In this document: in pieces, positions 11,717 to 25,336 of the stretch
Position numbering within the stretch: the first letter of the stretch is position 1
Layout of the letters: each line of letters opens with the position of its first letter
From: Tubiluchus corallicola
Lineage: Eukaryota; Animalia; Priapulida
Assembly (NCBI GenBank): GCA_030141605.1
Contig: JAQGDQ010000025.1
Span: 1,036,907 to 1,100,906, forward strand
Direction: 5' to 3'
DNA length: 64,000 nt
Made by a program: the position numbers and the translations under genes
The notes under the pieces: model-generated
Database searches by the model: none
Seen by the model: the letters and a program-made list of their open reading frames with translations, nothing else
Told to the model about the DNA's origin: nothing

Positions 11717-12900
11717 TGTGACGCCATGTCTATAGGTTACGTACTCTGAGTCTCAATGTCTTGAAAAGCAGGCACGACCGCCCTATAAACGAGGTGTAAC
11801 ACGTGGTTCTGGGGTTCTATAGTGTTAGATAATTTACTACTAGAATCCTGGAGTCGGGCTAAGGCTTTGTTGTTTCATACGGGGGCACGCGGAACCCGAG
11901 CCTAGGAGTCTTAATGAGCTAGTAATATTCGATGGTAGATAGAATACCAAACCAACTATTAAGCTGTATATAACAAAATTTAATTGATTACTACTTTAAC
12001 CCGGAGAAAAGAAATAGCTAACAATAACAATTAATCACAGTACAGCAAATATATTCTCTAGTCTAATAATAGAGAAGGGAGGTGTTAGTGGGGGTAGCAC
12101 GTGCAAATGATGACGCACTCTCGATGACGGCAATCCAACGATGACCATATAGAAACGGAATTATGCTAGCTAGCAAACACTGAGCAAAAGTACAAAAGTC
12201 TTGTCTTACCAGACACTCCATGAACATTGTGTGAAACTGCAGCTGCTAACCTGTGGGGTAACATCCATGGATTTACCAACTATGGTTTGCTCTACCAACA
12301 ATGGACTGTCCACCATGAACTTTAGCGTGACTTCAGGTTTGAACGAATCCTCAGACAATGACGGTAACGGTAACCACCTCATCAAACCGAGACAACGTAC
12401 TCGACAAAGACCCGTTAGCACTGTAAGCAATGGCTGTTGACAAAAGAAATAGTGACGTCTACTGCACTATAACATCGACGATGCTAATCGACATTTTTGA
12501 CTGTCTTTTCACAGACATGTGAAAATCAGACGATGGTCATTTTACGTGACCTAGGCCTTTCAACAACGGCCGACTGACTGCCAGGTTGCACGTCTCAGAT
12601 TATATCTGTAACGTATGTATCATGTACACTTCATACCTGTACGGGTTTCACACATTTGAAATAAGCCGCGAGTATTGCAGGTATTGCAGAACACAACCAC
12701 ATGACGAGGGGGTGTTAGTAGGACTCCTACACTACTACACTAATTACGCTAACAATACAGTACTACTATAGTGACTAATTTAATGTAAGCAAATTACACT
12801 AGCAAGTGCTACCGCTATCACTATAAAGAACTTGACTGTGAAATGAAAAGGTGACAAACAAGTAAACAAAAATATCGTAAATAATAGATGGTTTGTCACA
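11717..12900 (-). repeat. 5' LTR of the gypsy element (1184 bp)
   Basis: TGTGAC...GTCACA termini; direct repeat of 4951-6010. Confidence 0.95.
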
Positions 12901-12939
12901 TATATCAGATTCTTTGGATGCATTGTAACGATTTATGAT

Positions 12940-13330
<391 letters not shown>

Positions 13331-13348
13331 AAGGGAGAGGGAGATGGA

Positions 13349-14660
13349 GATTTGATTTGATTTAATTCTTTATTTCAAGCATAAGTTCATATTATAATTT
13401 ACATATATACAACATACAACATAATAAAAACAAAAAACTGATACAAACAAATCACACAAACTTAGGTAAGCATGAAAATTACAATAATACTCTCCACCAT
13501 TGCTGTCTTATGTGCGATGTAAATTTAGCATTGCTTACCAAAATTTTCTGGCACATTATATGATCACTAGAATCAAATCTTTTCATTAAACTTAATACAT
13601 CAGAATACATCACTAAAATGTCTCCAGGTAGACATGCAATGGAATGTATTACGGTAAGCATTAAATAGATATCTTTTAACATCAACAGAACAATAGCTGA
13701 ATTTTCTAATAAGTTGGTTTGTACGACAGTAGTATAAGGATCTTTGATTAACAATTTCAAGGTCATCTCGGTTATCATTTGAAATAATATGTCCCAAATA
13801 TTTTCCATTATCACAGGCATTAAAACATTATTATTTAGTTTGATGTTACCAAACGTAAAATTTCTCATGATGTTTGAATTAACAGACATAAGTTTAGTTT
13901 TAGCCACATTGGTTTTTATGTCATACAGTTCAGCATACAATTTATACACATCTAGTAGTTGCTGTAGGGCCGTAATCGTTGTTGCTAACAAACAAACACC
14001 GTCAGCATACATCAGGTGGTTCATATCATAACCATGTTCGAGACATTGCAATCAAGTTGGGTGGATGAAAGCTTAACACCTAGATCTTTAAAATAAAAAT
14101 TAAAAAGAAAAGGTGACATCTTGCCACCTTGGCGTACTCCATTTCCAATATTAAAAGTTGTAGACTGGCTATGCCCCCACCTGACAGACATGCTTTGTTG
14201 GGTGTAATAAAATGTGAGCAAGCGGATTACAATACTCGGGATGGAAGTCCTTGTGAGTTTGGGAAAAAGCTTGAATAAATTAACCCTATCAAATGCGTTT
14301 GACGCGTCGATAAAAACAATGTGAACAGAGCTATCACGACTAATGTAGTAGTCAATGATCTCCTTTAATGTGTTTATGCAAATTTCGGTGCCAAGTTTTT
14401 CTGCATAACCAAACTGATTAGGACTTGTTGGAATATACTGTTTGCATCTGTTAAGTAATAAAATTTCGAATATTTTGCTGGCAATAGAAGCTAGTGCAAT
14501 TGGCCTTTTATCTTTTACTAGAGGAATTAATATAGACATCATCAGCGATTCAGGAAGAAAGCCGTGAATCAAACAGGAGCTGAATAACAAGGATAAAAGA
14601 ACCGGTAACATTGAGGAAGAATACTCAAAATGTTCGGCCTGTATACCAGATTTATTCAAA
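13349..14660 (-). mobile_element. 5'-truncated, frameshifted LINE (RT pseudogene) with 3' UTR and (AATCA)n tail
   Basis: RPIALAS, QFGY, FIDASNAFDRV, GVRQGG, YADG motifs across ORFs 14021-14659, 13479-14051 and 13600-13797; AATAAA then AATCA repeats at the 3' end. Confidence 0.9.
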
Positions 14661-16255
14661 GTTAGTGAGAGAGAGAGAAAGGAAGAGAGAAAGAGGGAGA
14701 GAGAGAGAGAGAGGCGAGATAAACGAATTAATAGTTAATAAGTGGTAGCAAAATTCTAAATTCTAATTATAATTACATGGCGAGATAATGTTTTACTATG
14801 ACTCAAAGGCCAAATGCCACCGTGCTTATTCTCAAATGTAAAAGCTAAAATGAGTAAAATGAATAGATTTATGCATAAGCACTGCAATCGCTACAACTAA
14901 TTAAACAACTTGAAACCTGTTCTTAAGAATTGAAGCCTAGTCACATATTTTAACGAAAATTTCGAAATTTCATAGCAAATTGTACGCTTGCTTTTGTAAA
15001 ACTCAAAAAAACTGCTAATTCATTTAAAGTCCTTTTATGTGACAGGCACATAGAAATAATAACACTAATAATAATAACAGTAATGAACATACTGTCTGTA
15101 GCAGCTGCTATTTCATCCATGTTAGATTTTCACGGCAAGTTTGTACAGTGTAATATTCTGGTAACACAATTAGTCCAGAGACTAGATCTGGAATGAAAAT
15201 TAAAATTAGAAAAAAATATTGCACAACGATCAAGTACATTTAAAATACAGGAACTGCCAAAAAATCTAAGCTAATTTGAAAACGGTATGCATTTCATAGT
15301 TTCTTTTCAATTCAAATTCGTTAGGCAACATATAGGCCTATAACTGTAATTAATTGAAAAGAGAAAATTGTATAAGTTTATGCTAAAGTTTCTAAGAACG
15401 ATGATGTAACGTGTGCAATTTGTACAACTTTATGTTAACAGTAGCGAGTCAAGCGAGATTTGTACAACAAGGAAATTCACACTGTCAAAACAACCAAATG
15501 ACTATATGAGAAAGTCTGCAAAAAGGATGTAAAAGATCGGAAGTTTCTTGATGCACCTTTCGATTTTGCAATAACTATAGTAATAATTGATGTCCTTTAT
15601 ATTCCCACTCAAAATCCTGTTATATTTTGCTATTTTTCTGTAACTAACATGCTGGACTTAGCTGCGTGCTGGTTGAAGTTGTACACATTCTTTTTGAAGA
15701 CTTTTTCAAATGTTCGTTTTCGTGGTGAGAACTTTTTCTAGCATACAACAAATTCCTATTATTTATAACAAGATTTTAACCTAGAGATAAGGAAAGTAAA
15801 ATGATAAACTCACTGGAGGTCACATTACACCTGTAATTATAGGATATCAACTGATGATGAAACACTGCCATTCCGAAATGTATTGAAATATTTTATTAAA
15901 ATTTTAACAGTGCAAAATGCATATCTTTATTTATGTTTTCCTCTAACTTTAACATTAACTGTAGCATTTTGGTTGGCCAGCTATAATGGATGAACCCTGG
16001 ACTCCCTTGGACACTGGGAGTAGCAATGACTGAATGTTCTAAGGCGTTTGTTAAATTGTTAAGTTTTTTTAACAATAATAATTTTTTAACAGTAAGAAGT
16101 TTTGGACGATAACTCATGCTTTTTGCGCACCGTGTCTGGTGTTACATGAGATTGTTGCAAAAAAGTAACTAATTAAATACATAAAAACATAAATACTATT
16201 GTAAAGTTGCTGCACTAACCTTTGACCTGCTTAAAAACAGGCTTGCTGATAACTG

Positions 16256-16295
<40 letters not shown>

Positions 16296-16989
16296 CCCTC
16301 GCTCTCGAAGAGGCTCGATTTCGATGTGTATCTTGATCTTAAAGCAGTAATTAAAGTGCTGGCGTCTGTATACTTCTTCATATTATAGGCTTTCTTTTAA
16401 TCCGGTTGCTCAGTGTGCATGCGTCTGAGCATTTGTGCAGGTAATGAAGATTGCACGTGATAGAAACTACATCAAAATGATTCAGAAAACTACTGAAGCG
16501 AATTGGGCAAGTAATTGAATAGTGTGTAGCGGCCAGCTGGAAAGTCCTTAAAAACGCAACAATTTCTCCATTAAGCAATTGTATTTTTTACTTTGTTTCT
16601 ATAATATGATTACACTGCAGACAGTAATTTAACAAACCAGAATCATTTTAGTAAATTAAGTCGCTAAAACTAGCATTAAAGCCGCGTCATCCAGGTCATC
16701 CATCCGTTTACTGTCCAGCTTCAGTGTTGGTCAATTTGATGCTAAATACACGCTAAATACACGCTACTTTTCTCGGCTTTAATTCTAGTATGTTAATATG
16801 TTAATTTTATGAGAAAAATGAAATTATTTATCATTTAGTGGTAGGCCCAAAGTACAGAGTCCATTAGGCCCAAACAATTTATTAATTTACTGAAATCAAA
16901 CTGCAAACCAACTATGCAAATTACTGGGAGGAGACGCCGACAAAGAAACTGGTAAAAACGTTATGAAGTTACGAACTTCATAGAAGAAT

Positions 16990-17580
16990 AATACTTATTG
17001 CTAATGAAAAATCCCATTAAAAGAGCAAACTTTACAAAGTTGCGTATTAGCTCACACAACCTCCTTACTGAGAAAGACCGCCACACCAAACCTAAAATCC
17101 CCCTTAACAACAGACTATGCCATCTTTGTAAAGATAAAAAAATTGATGACGAAAAGCATTTAGTTCTTGAATGTAACTACTATAAAGATTTAAGACATAG
17201 CCTGCTTTCTCATGTCAATGAAATTTCCCCAAACTTTGTTAATCTGACGGTAAAGGAAAAATTTATATTTCTAATGAAAGGAAATGAATATGAACTTGCA
17301 AATTTAATTTCAAACTATATTACAGACTGTTTTAAAAGAAGAAAATAAAATCGTAGACACAGAAAATCACATTCAGTTGATACCAAAAGTACATTATAAT
17401 TATATGATTTTTGTAAAGTGTAAATATTATTTACTGTTTAACCTCTATTGTATGTTTTACTGTTTCAATAATAATGACGATTATACCCAAGTGTTGGGAT
17501 GCTTTGTGTGATGTGTGATTTTTTTTCATGTTCATTGCACTGTATAGTGTTTGTGCCGTTCGTCAATAAACTATAATCTA
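16990..17580 (+). mobile_element. LINE 3' fragment (C-terminal CCHC zinc-finger region plus 3' UTR)
   Basis: LRISSHNL..E..R...R.C..C....DDE.H...C motif in ORF 16998-17348; AATAAA near 17565. Confidence 0.8.
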
Positions 17581-17710
17581 TTTTTATCAAGTAACCGAGT
17601 AGTTAATTAAATTTCACTTTATACATGTAGCAAAATGTATGCATTATGCTCCTTGATTAAGCAAATAAAAACAGAAGAAAGAGAAGAGAATCATAGCGAG
17701 AAACCGTTCA

Positions 17711-17948
17711 AAGTTCTCATAAAGTTGAACATATGCTGCGTCTTAATTAATTGAGATAGTTAATCAGCTGTTTTCAGGTCACCTGCCGTTAATTCTGAAG
17801 TTCTCATAAAGCTGAACAAATGCTGCGTCTTAATTAATTGAGAAGGTTAATCAGCTGTTTTCAAGTCACCTGCCGTTAATTCTGAAGTTCTCATAAAGCT
17901 GAACAAATGTTTCGACTTAATTAATTGAGATAGTTAATCAGCTGTTTT
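17711..17948. repeat. 87-bp tandem repeat, about 2.7 copies
   Basis: Units start at 17711, 17798 and 17885 (AAGTTCTCATAAAG...). Confidence 0.9.
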
Positions 17949-18028
17949 AACCTAGCCACTGGGGGAGGGGGGTCAAGCCAGCCCAACTCAGTGCCGGTCC
18001 CAAGCCCGGATAAATAGGGAGGGTTAGG
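17948..18028 (+). ncRNA. Twister self-cleaving ribozyme (P1-type core with P3; 5' strand of P1 absent)
   Basis: U^AA-CCUA(P2)-GC-P3(ACUGGG/CUCAGU)-G-CCGG-UCCCAAGC-CCGG-AUAAA-UAGG(P2')-GAGGG; core GCCGGUCCCAAGCCCGGAUAAA matches the rice Osa-1-4 twister core as I recall it. Confidence 0.85.
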
Positions 18029-18306
18029 GTCAGGAAGGGCATCCGCCTGTAAAAACTGCGCCAAAACCTTCTATGAATGAGTCGGTGAGACTTAAAGGGA
18101 AAGTCCACAAAGAAGTGGTCAGACCCGCTCTAATCTATGGGCTGGAAGCAGCTTCTCTAAAGACCGAAGAGAAGAAAATGGGTGTGGTGGAGATGAGGAT
18201 GTTGAGATGAATGGTGGGAATAACAAGAAGAGATAAAATTAGAAATAATAATATCAGAGGAACAGTAAAAGTAGTGGAAGCCTCGCAAGATTGCAAGAAG
18301 AAGAAG
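17949..18306 (+). mobile_element. Short non-autonomous RTE-clade retroelement (5' UTR fused to the ORF C-terminal part, (AAG)n tail, 15-bp TSD)
   Basis: TSD TTAATCAGCTGTTTT at 17934-17948 and 18307-18321; RTE peptide LKGKVHKEVVRPALIYGLE...EMRMLR*MVGITRRDKIRN. Confidence 0.85.
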
Positions 18307-18321
18307 TTAATCAGCTGTTTT

Positions 18322-18396
18322 AGTAGTAGTAGTAGTAGTAGTAGTAGTAATACTAGTAGTAGTAGTAGCAGTAGCAGTAGCAGTAGCAGTAGCAGT

Positions 18397-18428
<32 letters not shown>

Positions 18429-18672
18429 CAGTAGTAGTAGCAGCAGTAGTAGTAATAGTAGTAATAGTAGAGTAGTAGGAGTAGAAGTAGTAGTAGTAAT
18501 AGTAGTAGTAGTGGTGGTAGTGGGGTAGTGTTAGTTGTGTTGGTTTTGGTGTTGGTGGTGTTGATGTTGGTGTTGGTGTTGGTGTTGGTGGTGGTAGTGG
18601 TGTTGGTGTTGGTGTTGGTGGTGGTGGTGGTGTTGGTGGTAGTGTTGGTGGTAGTGTTGGTGGTAGTGGTAG
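18322..18672. repeat. Compound trinucleotide microsatellite (AGT/AGC/GGT/TGT)
   Basis: Directly visible. Confidence 0.9.
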
Positions 18673-21001
18673 TTGTGTAATTGTAATAGTGACTGCAGTC
18701 GAGATTTGTAGCATGCACGAACACAACCAACATTAGTGACTTGACGTGTAGGTTTATAAAGTACATTTTAGAGAGTATAATCTGCAGATCTATATCAGAT
18801 CTAGATAAGGTACATGTTATTACGCTCGTAATCTGGCTAGGCCCAGGTTGATTTTTGCACCTGTCCATTATTTTTAATTACTTTCTCTGAAATGCACCTG
18901 CAATGGGCTTCTTACGTGCGACATGCAAGATTACAGACAGGTAAATAAAATAACCTATAGAATAAAAATCCTGACATTTTCAGGAATAATTGTTGACAAA
19001 ATCAGCACCTGTCGCGTGTTTAAATGGAGCTTGAAGTTTGCAAATATTTATCGCTGAGATTTTGCAACCAGCCAGATTAAACGCGCAAGTCTAATCCACT
19101 TCATGACCAAATCAATCATAAAAAAGTAATTAGAGAGGAATAGAATTATTAGAACACTAAGTGACGACGTATGTAAAAGTAGAAAGTTATGAGAAAACTG
19201 CTTTACAATTTACCAGTTACTTGTTTCTTTGTCTGTTTGTCTGTCTGCCTGTTTGTTTGCTTGTTTACTATTTTCGCTTTTTTAGTTATTTATACTCATT
19301 GACTACCAATTGTATAGACAGCAAAAGTATCCAAGAAAAAGCTGACAAAAGTCAACTACCATCATCGTTATCATCATCATCATAATTATCGTCATCGTCG
19401 TCGTCGTCGTCATCATCATCATCATCAGTCATCGTAATCATCATCATCACCATCATCACCATCATATCATCATCGTCGTCGTCATCATCGTCGTCGTCGT
19501 CATCCTCATCGTCGTCATCACCATTATCATCATCATCATATTAATTATCTAATTATGATAATGATGATTATGCGTGCCGTGCATAAGAACATAACCATCA
19601 ATACTTTTGTTACTCTCATTATTCTGAGTAACGCTGGCAAAAATAAACCATAATTTCACTCTGCCCCTGATTTGGGAACAAGAAAACAATGGCGTTCTGG
19701 CGTGCCATAACCTCTCATAGAATCTAACAGTTTCTTTTGCCGACGTGAGTTATTGGTAGGGAATTAACAACACTTTCAAAGACATCAAGATCGTTGTTGT
19801 ACTAGTATGACGCTATGACGGTCTTTGTCCGTTCATCTGTGCTTTTTGATTAGAATCGTTCGTTTTCCAGTGCCTAAATTGTTCGGTTAATATAGTTGTT
19901 CGCATGCCAGCAAAACGACAAATGAATATCGTAAATGTAATTCAATTTTGATCGCCTGGAGAGCAATATAATTTGGTTCGATTACGTTTTTGAGAAACTA
20001 GCCTACCAACTTTGCTCGCTTCTGGTTCCAAAGAGCAAACGAAATCAATACACCGTTAAAACCAAGAAGTGTTTTGTAGACCCAGCGTACAGATCGATTG
20101 CTAATATCGGGCTGGCCGCAGCTTCCGCGACGTAGATTCCAGGATTCTGCAAGACTCTGAAGTGCAGTTTGAAAAACCAGGGTGGCTTTGTGTTTTGATG
20201 GTGCTTTAGGCCCAATATTTGGATCACATGGTATTCAGTCATCGACGTGGTAAACAAAGCGAATTTACTAACAAAAAATGTGATGGTAAGTTTGACGAAA
20301 GTAGATATAAACTTTTAACAATTTACTACATTTGCGCTTTTGAAGAATGAGTTTTTCCTGGTTGTTGTTGTCGTTGTTGCTAATCTGTGTTGTTTATTTC
20401 GTCACCATTATTTATTCTGTGTTGTTATTCTTACTGTCGTTGACGCTGCTGCTGCTTTTGTGTTGCCATCGTCATTATGTATTGTGCGTTGTTATTCTTA
20501 CTGTCGTTGACGCTGTCGCTGTTGTTGCTTTGTCAGTTTGGATAGTTTGCATGAGTGAAATGACCTTTGGTTGATGCATAAGTGGCAACTTTCCTAAATT
20601 ATTCATTAGAAATGAGCTGAACATCAGACTGTAGGCGACCAACTAGAATGTCTGGATTGGTTAGGTTTGGATAGTTTAATCTCTTGTGAGGGATAGCGTT
20701 ATTTCTTTATTTCGTGTGCGTAATTTTATTTGCTATTAGCTTACCATACTGCGCTCCACATGGTGTACTGTATCTCTTGTATTCCACGCCCCAATTATTA
20801 TAATTTTTGCAAGTTAATAATAACTTTCTTTATTTATAAAAATTTGATCTTTTAAAACGAAGGTATGCACTAATTTCACTGAGTAACACACCTGAAATTA
20901 CAACATTAGTCCGTGTATGACACGGTTGTTTGGTTTATTCAGCGCAGTTTATTTATTATCCGAACAAGTTGTGCGCATGTTTGAAGAGCTGCATGGTTTC
21001 T

Positions 21002-21504
21002 TTGAAGGAAAGAACAAGAACACACTATATTAGGTTTATTTTACTGTTATCACTTAAACTTAGAGAAATACAACAAAGAAATTTGCAAAGAACTGCCTAT
21101 AAAGCATAAATTTAAAACATACTACCACTGAATAGAAATTTTCAGCGTGTGGTTGCAGCAATTCACTTGAAAATCATGACGTAATTGAGAGACTTCGTGA
21201 CTTTTCGTAAGCACGTCGTGGCTTTCCGTAAGGGCGAACTGCCTAAACTAATTCAAACTTCTGCAGATTACCTAATGTTCACGCAAAAGTATTACAAAAT
21301 TAACTTTTCTTCAGGACAAATGACGTCATTGGAAGAAGAAAGGCATTGAAATGGGAGTGGCCAAGCATGGAGTGATCGCGACTTTAATATAATTTTACTA
21401 GTTACACGAGACGCTAATTGCAGTTTTATTACTAAATCCTTCTAACATTTTTCGTGAACTTTGAAATAAGCCTAACTTCTTAGAAGGGTTAGCCTTTCCT
21501 TTAA
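21002..21504. mobile_element. TTAA-flanked MITE (Kolobok-like), family B copy 1
   Basis: Termini TT(G)AAGGAAAG...CTTTCCTTTAA; homologous to about 25655-26200 and inverted relative to 32449-32953. Confidence 0.7.
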
Positions 21505-22042
21505 TATCGTTTATCGTTCCTTGGTTGTAAAGCTCACAGATGAGCCTCACTTGGCCTTGCATTCCCGTTATCTGGTCAACAATCAGCACAGATCAATTCC
21601 GTAAATTATCTTTAAGTGGTTTAGCCCATAGAGCGCAGCTGATGTAGGACAGTCAGAGGTCTCACTAGTGCCTAGTAGAACATTAATCAGCTTCTCCCTT
21701 AGGAAGCGATTCCATGACGGTAAGTAAGGGGTGCTGTTGCTTCAGCTTTTACATTGTCAGAAATTTTAAAACCTCAAGCATAACGACATAGACACAGTGC
21801 TATAAGATCACACATTTTTAATCTTACCGTTTGCAAATAAGATTTTTTTCGCGAATTGTTTGGTTTCGAAGGTGAATAGTCGTTTCGATCATATGAAAAC
21901 CTAACTTAGATATCAAGGTAACTTAGTAATCAAGGTATGCAAGTGTATCTCACTAAATATATAAGCTCAGATAATGAGCTTCACCTGTCCAAATGTTAAC
22001 AAGCAATTAAAACAACTACGTTTGCAGTAATTCCTTTAACTA

Positions 22043-22249
22043 GCGTTTATGTAGCATCCGGAATGCGTATGCGTTATGCGGATGCGGAATACATAAAATC
22101 GGTTTATACTGTTTTCAATGAACCCGTTTATCTGGCCTGCGTTATGCGTTATTTTTTCTGCAGCTGTCTATTCCTATTGATTTTTGTCCGCAGTTATTCT
22201 GCAGGTGCGCGTAACGCATAACGCATTCCAGATGCTACTACATAAACGC
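22043..22249. mobile_element. Small foldback MITE
   Basis: About 35-bp imperfect TIRs GCGTTTATGTAGCATCCGGAATGCGT... / ...ACGCATTCCAGATGCTACTACATAAACGC. Confidence 0.65.
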
Positions 22250-25200
22250 CACTTTATTCGTGGCTTGCCTTTCTCTCAGGCTATAATTTTGGTTAATTTG
22301 TACTGAGTCTACTGATGCTCCGTCATTTGTTGGCGGAGTATAAAGTTACTCAGGTATTCATGTTAGTATAAAGTTACTCAGCTATTACTTGAGTAATCTG
22401 TTGTCGTAAGTCTATTTACAATACACGACCTGCACAAGAAAACCTGAAATTGATTAGAAAGGAGATGTTTTGTATAAGTCTTATGTCACGCGTTAATAAA
22501 ACCTAGGCCAGGTTCAGAAATTTTATGAGCTTAAATAGGATCACCTTGGAAGTTGTCGGAAACTCATTTCCGAAGTAAACAAATTTCTATTTGCTCTCTA
22601 TAAATAACTGTAGGAAGTACTTAGAGAAAAATTACGTAATTACTTCTGTAGTTTTATTGTGCAGTATGTATATAGGAAAACTGTCTTATCACATCATTAA
22701 CCGTGTAATAGTTTAATGAATAAGACTGGGAAAAGGTCCGAGGCAGGAAATAATTCATTGGGAAAAACCTGACGGCCGTGACAGCAGTCGGTGCAGGTTT
22801 TTCCCCACGTTAAGAAGCAAAGCTATCTCTTAACTTAATATGTGCTAACTCTAGTTAAAGGGAAGCTAGTTTTTCCCCCAAGTACAGGAGCCGGTTTTCC
22901 TCGTGTAATAAAGACACTAAGTGTCCCATGATGACACATTGAATTGTTGATTTCGTAACGTTGACTAACACTATTTTTGTTTTATTTACAGGTCATGTTG
23001 TGAAGTTATTATGTTGTTATGTTATGTCGTTACATATGTAGTCATAACGTAAATAAGTACATCATGATGTTTTAACTCATTTCTTTATTGCTTTCATTTA
23101 CGAATATATAGGGGTGACACGGCAATGGACATCAAACACTAATAATCAACCTTTCGAGAATAAATTTTAGATAAAACATTTAGTTTGATACATCGACTCT
23201 CCCACTTTTTCTGAGCTAAACACGAAACAAGCGAGATCTGGAAATCAAAATAAATTCCCCGTTCTCGACATGATACCAGATTTTATTCTTGTTCGCGACA
23301 GAAGTACCTAGGTGGTTATTTTCTTTGCAGTGATTCTTATAAATTTTAGCACCTAATTAATAATTTCCTACATTTTGTTAAGGTAAACAAGTAAGTTTAT
23401 TAGTCTATCACCATTTTTTATAATACCAAAATGCATAATTAAGTGATTTATAATTCTATATAACATTAAATACTATTAGAAATTGCAAAAGTGATTATTG
23501 ATTAGAGTGGTGAAAGGGTGACGACGAAATTATGAGTTATCGATCTCAGCCACCCTCTCAGAAAATCTTACTAATATAATTAATTAATTCGCATGTTCCA
23601 AGTAACTAAAAATTATCAGATTTTACATTTAAAACGGTTGTTGTAAAATTATGATACCAAAGTTTTAGTTTCTTATACAACAATGTTCAGTCACGGGAAA
23701 GACCTTGTTTCATCACCCATTGACAATATGCACGTTCTTTCTCGCTTCTGAACGCGGGACGCCAGAGGCTTTGAAGGTGGTCGCCTATAGAATCCATTAC
23801 TATTGCAATCTGATGTTTAAAACTTTTAGAAAGTGACTTAGAATACAGAATTAAAGCCATGACATGATCACGGGTGGTTACTGCTAAAAGTTTTTAATTC
23901 AATATTTGCGTGTTTTGTAATCTGGGAATTTTAAATTGACTTTCTTAGTCTGTTTTTACTTCATGCAACGTTTACAAGTAAAATAGTTCAGTATAGCTTG
24001 CATCACACGCCGAAAGAATTTTGTCCATTCACTCCAATCAGTCAAAATCTGAGTAGTTTTGAAGCATTCTTCTGTTTTTTGTGTCTTTGAGCACTTGAAC
24101 AATAAACATAGATGGAAGTAGTTGGCCAATGTAGACGCAAGTACAGTGATATGTGAGATGTACAATGAATAGTATCTTCACCTTCTTTAGAATCTTAGTG
24201 GGACATTGGTCTTATTTGAAGACGCTACAATTTGAACTGCCTTCGAACTATTTGCATGTATGTGTTTTCAGAAATGAGTTCACGAACGTAAATTTTCCTA
24301 ATATTGTCAATGTATTTGAAAACGAACACACGTTTAAAATTTATTATGGTGTATTGAAGTTAAATAGGGATTGAGTAACATTATTTTAAGCCTAGGCCAC
24401 TGTCTTTCGTCAAGCAAAAATTAATCATTCGTAAAGTTTCCACCAATACATGATTAGAGATTATTCTGATTTGTTATCTACAGCATTGTATTTTTATGAC
24501 AGTAATACATAGACATAAAATTGGTGTACTTAGCTATATAGCACGTTGCTTTTATTTTATCTTTGTTGTTCTCGACGTGTCATTTTGGTAACGTCTTTTT
24601 TGGGCTACAGTTTTTTTCTTATTGCCCAATATTATAGTGTATTTATCTCGAATTATAGTCAAGCAACTAACTAACTAACTATGAGGCTGATACATGCACA
24701 CAATGTATAAATATGGGAGAATCTCTGGAACACAATCTTCAGTATTGTAGCTTTTGTAGACACATTTTTATCGCAAGTCTCGCAATGGAGAATGTGTCAT
24801 CTCCTTTTCTATCTACAATCTATTCCTCCGTTTAATTGTATGTTGTCAAGTGCAATTATACGCATATTTGAAATGAGCAATTCCTTACTTAGTTTGTTTT
24901 ACGACCTTTATTCTGGCATGCATGTGGTAAAATGCAAAAACGGAGTTATAAGCTCTGTTAAATGAGACAGCAATACATCTCTAACTTGTCATCAGCGGGG
25001 AAAAATCGATATCGATCATGTCTCTTTTTAAGATTAATCGCCAGTCGTTAAAGCGAGTCAAAACGATTCCCCTCTGGGAGTTGCACAGTTTTACAAACGG
25101 CCAACAGAAAGTGAAAACTTGGAAAACTGGGATAAATTTGGAAAAATGCCAAGAACTGGACAGGAAATTTGCATGAAATATGAGATTATTTAAAGTGAAG

Positions 25201-25254
25201 TCATTAGACGAAAATAGATGCCTCGGGGTAGGAGTTGTCAATTTTCCTATTTTC

Positions 25255-25336
<82 letters not shown>

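Larger units (their letters stand above)
4951..12900 (-). mobile_element. Full-length Gmr1-like Ty3/gypsy LTR retrotransposon
   Basis: Two near-identical LTRs (TGTGAC...GTCACA), PBS, PPT and an intact gag-PR-IN-RT-RNaseH ORF. Confidence 0.95.

Noticed and set aside
15093-15187. Minus-strand segment with strong splice signals
   Set aside because: All three frames contain stops, and it does not fit the tentative exon chain
20045-20290. GC-richer segment with a 70-aa minus-strand ORF and a + strand GTAAGT donor
   Set aside because: No recognisable domain and no consistent exon partners found
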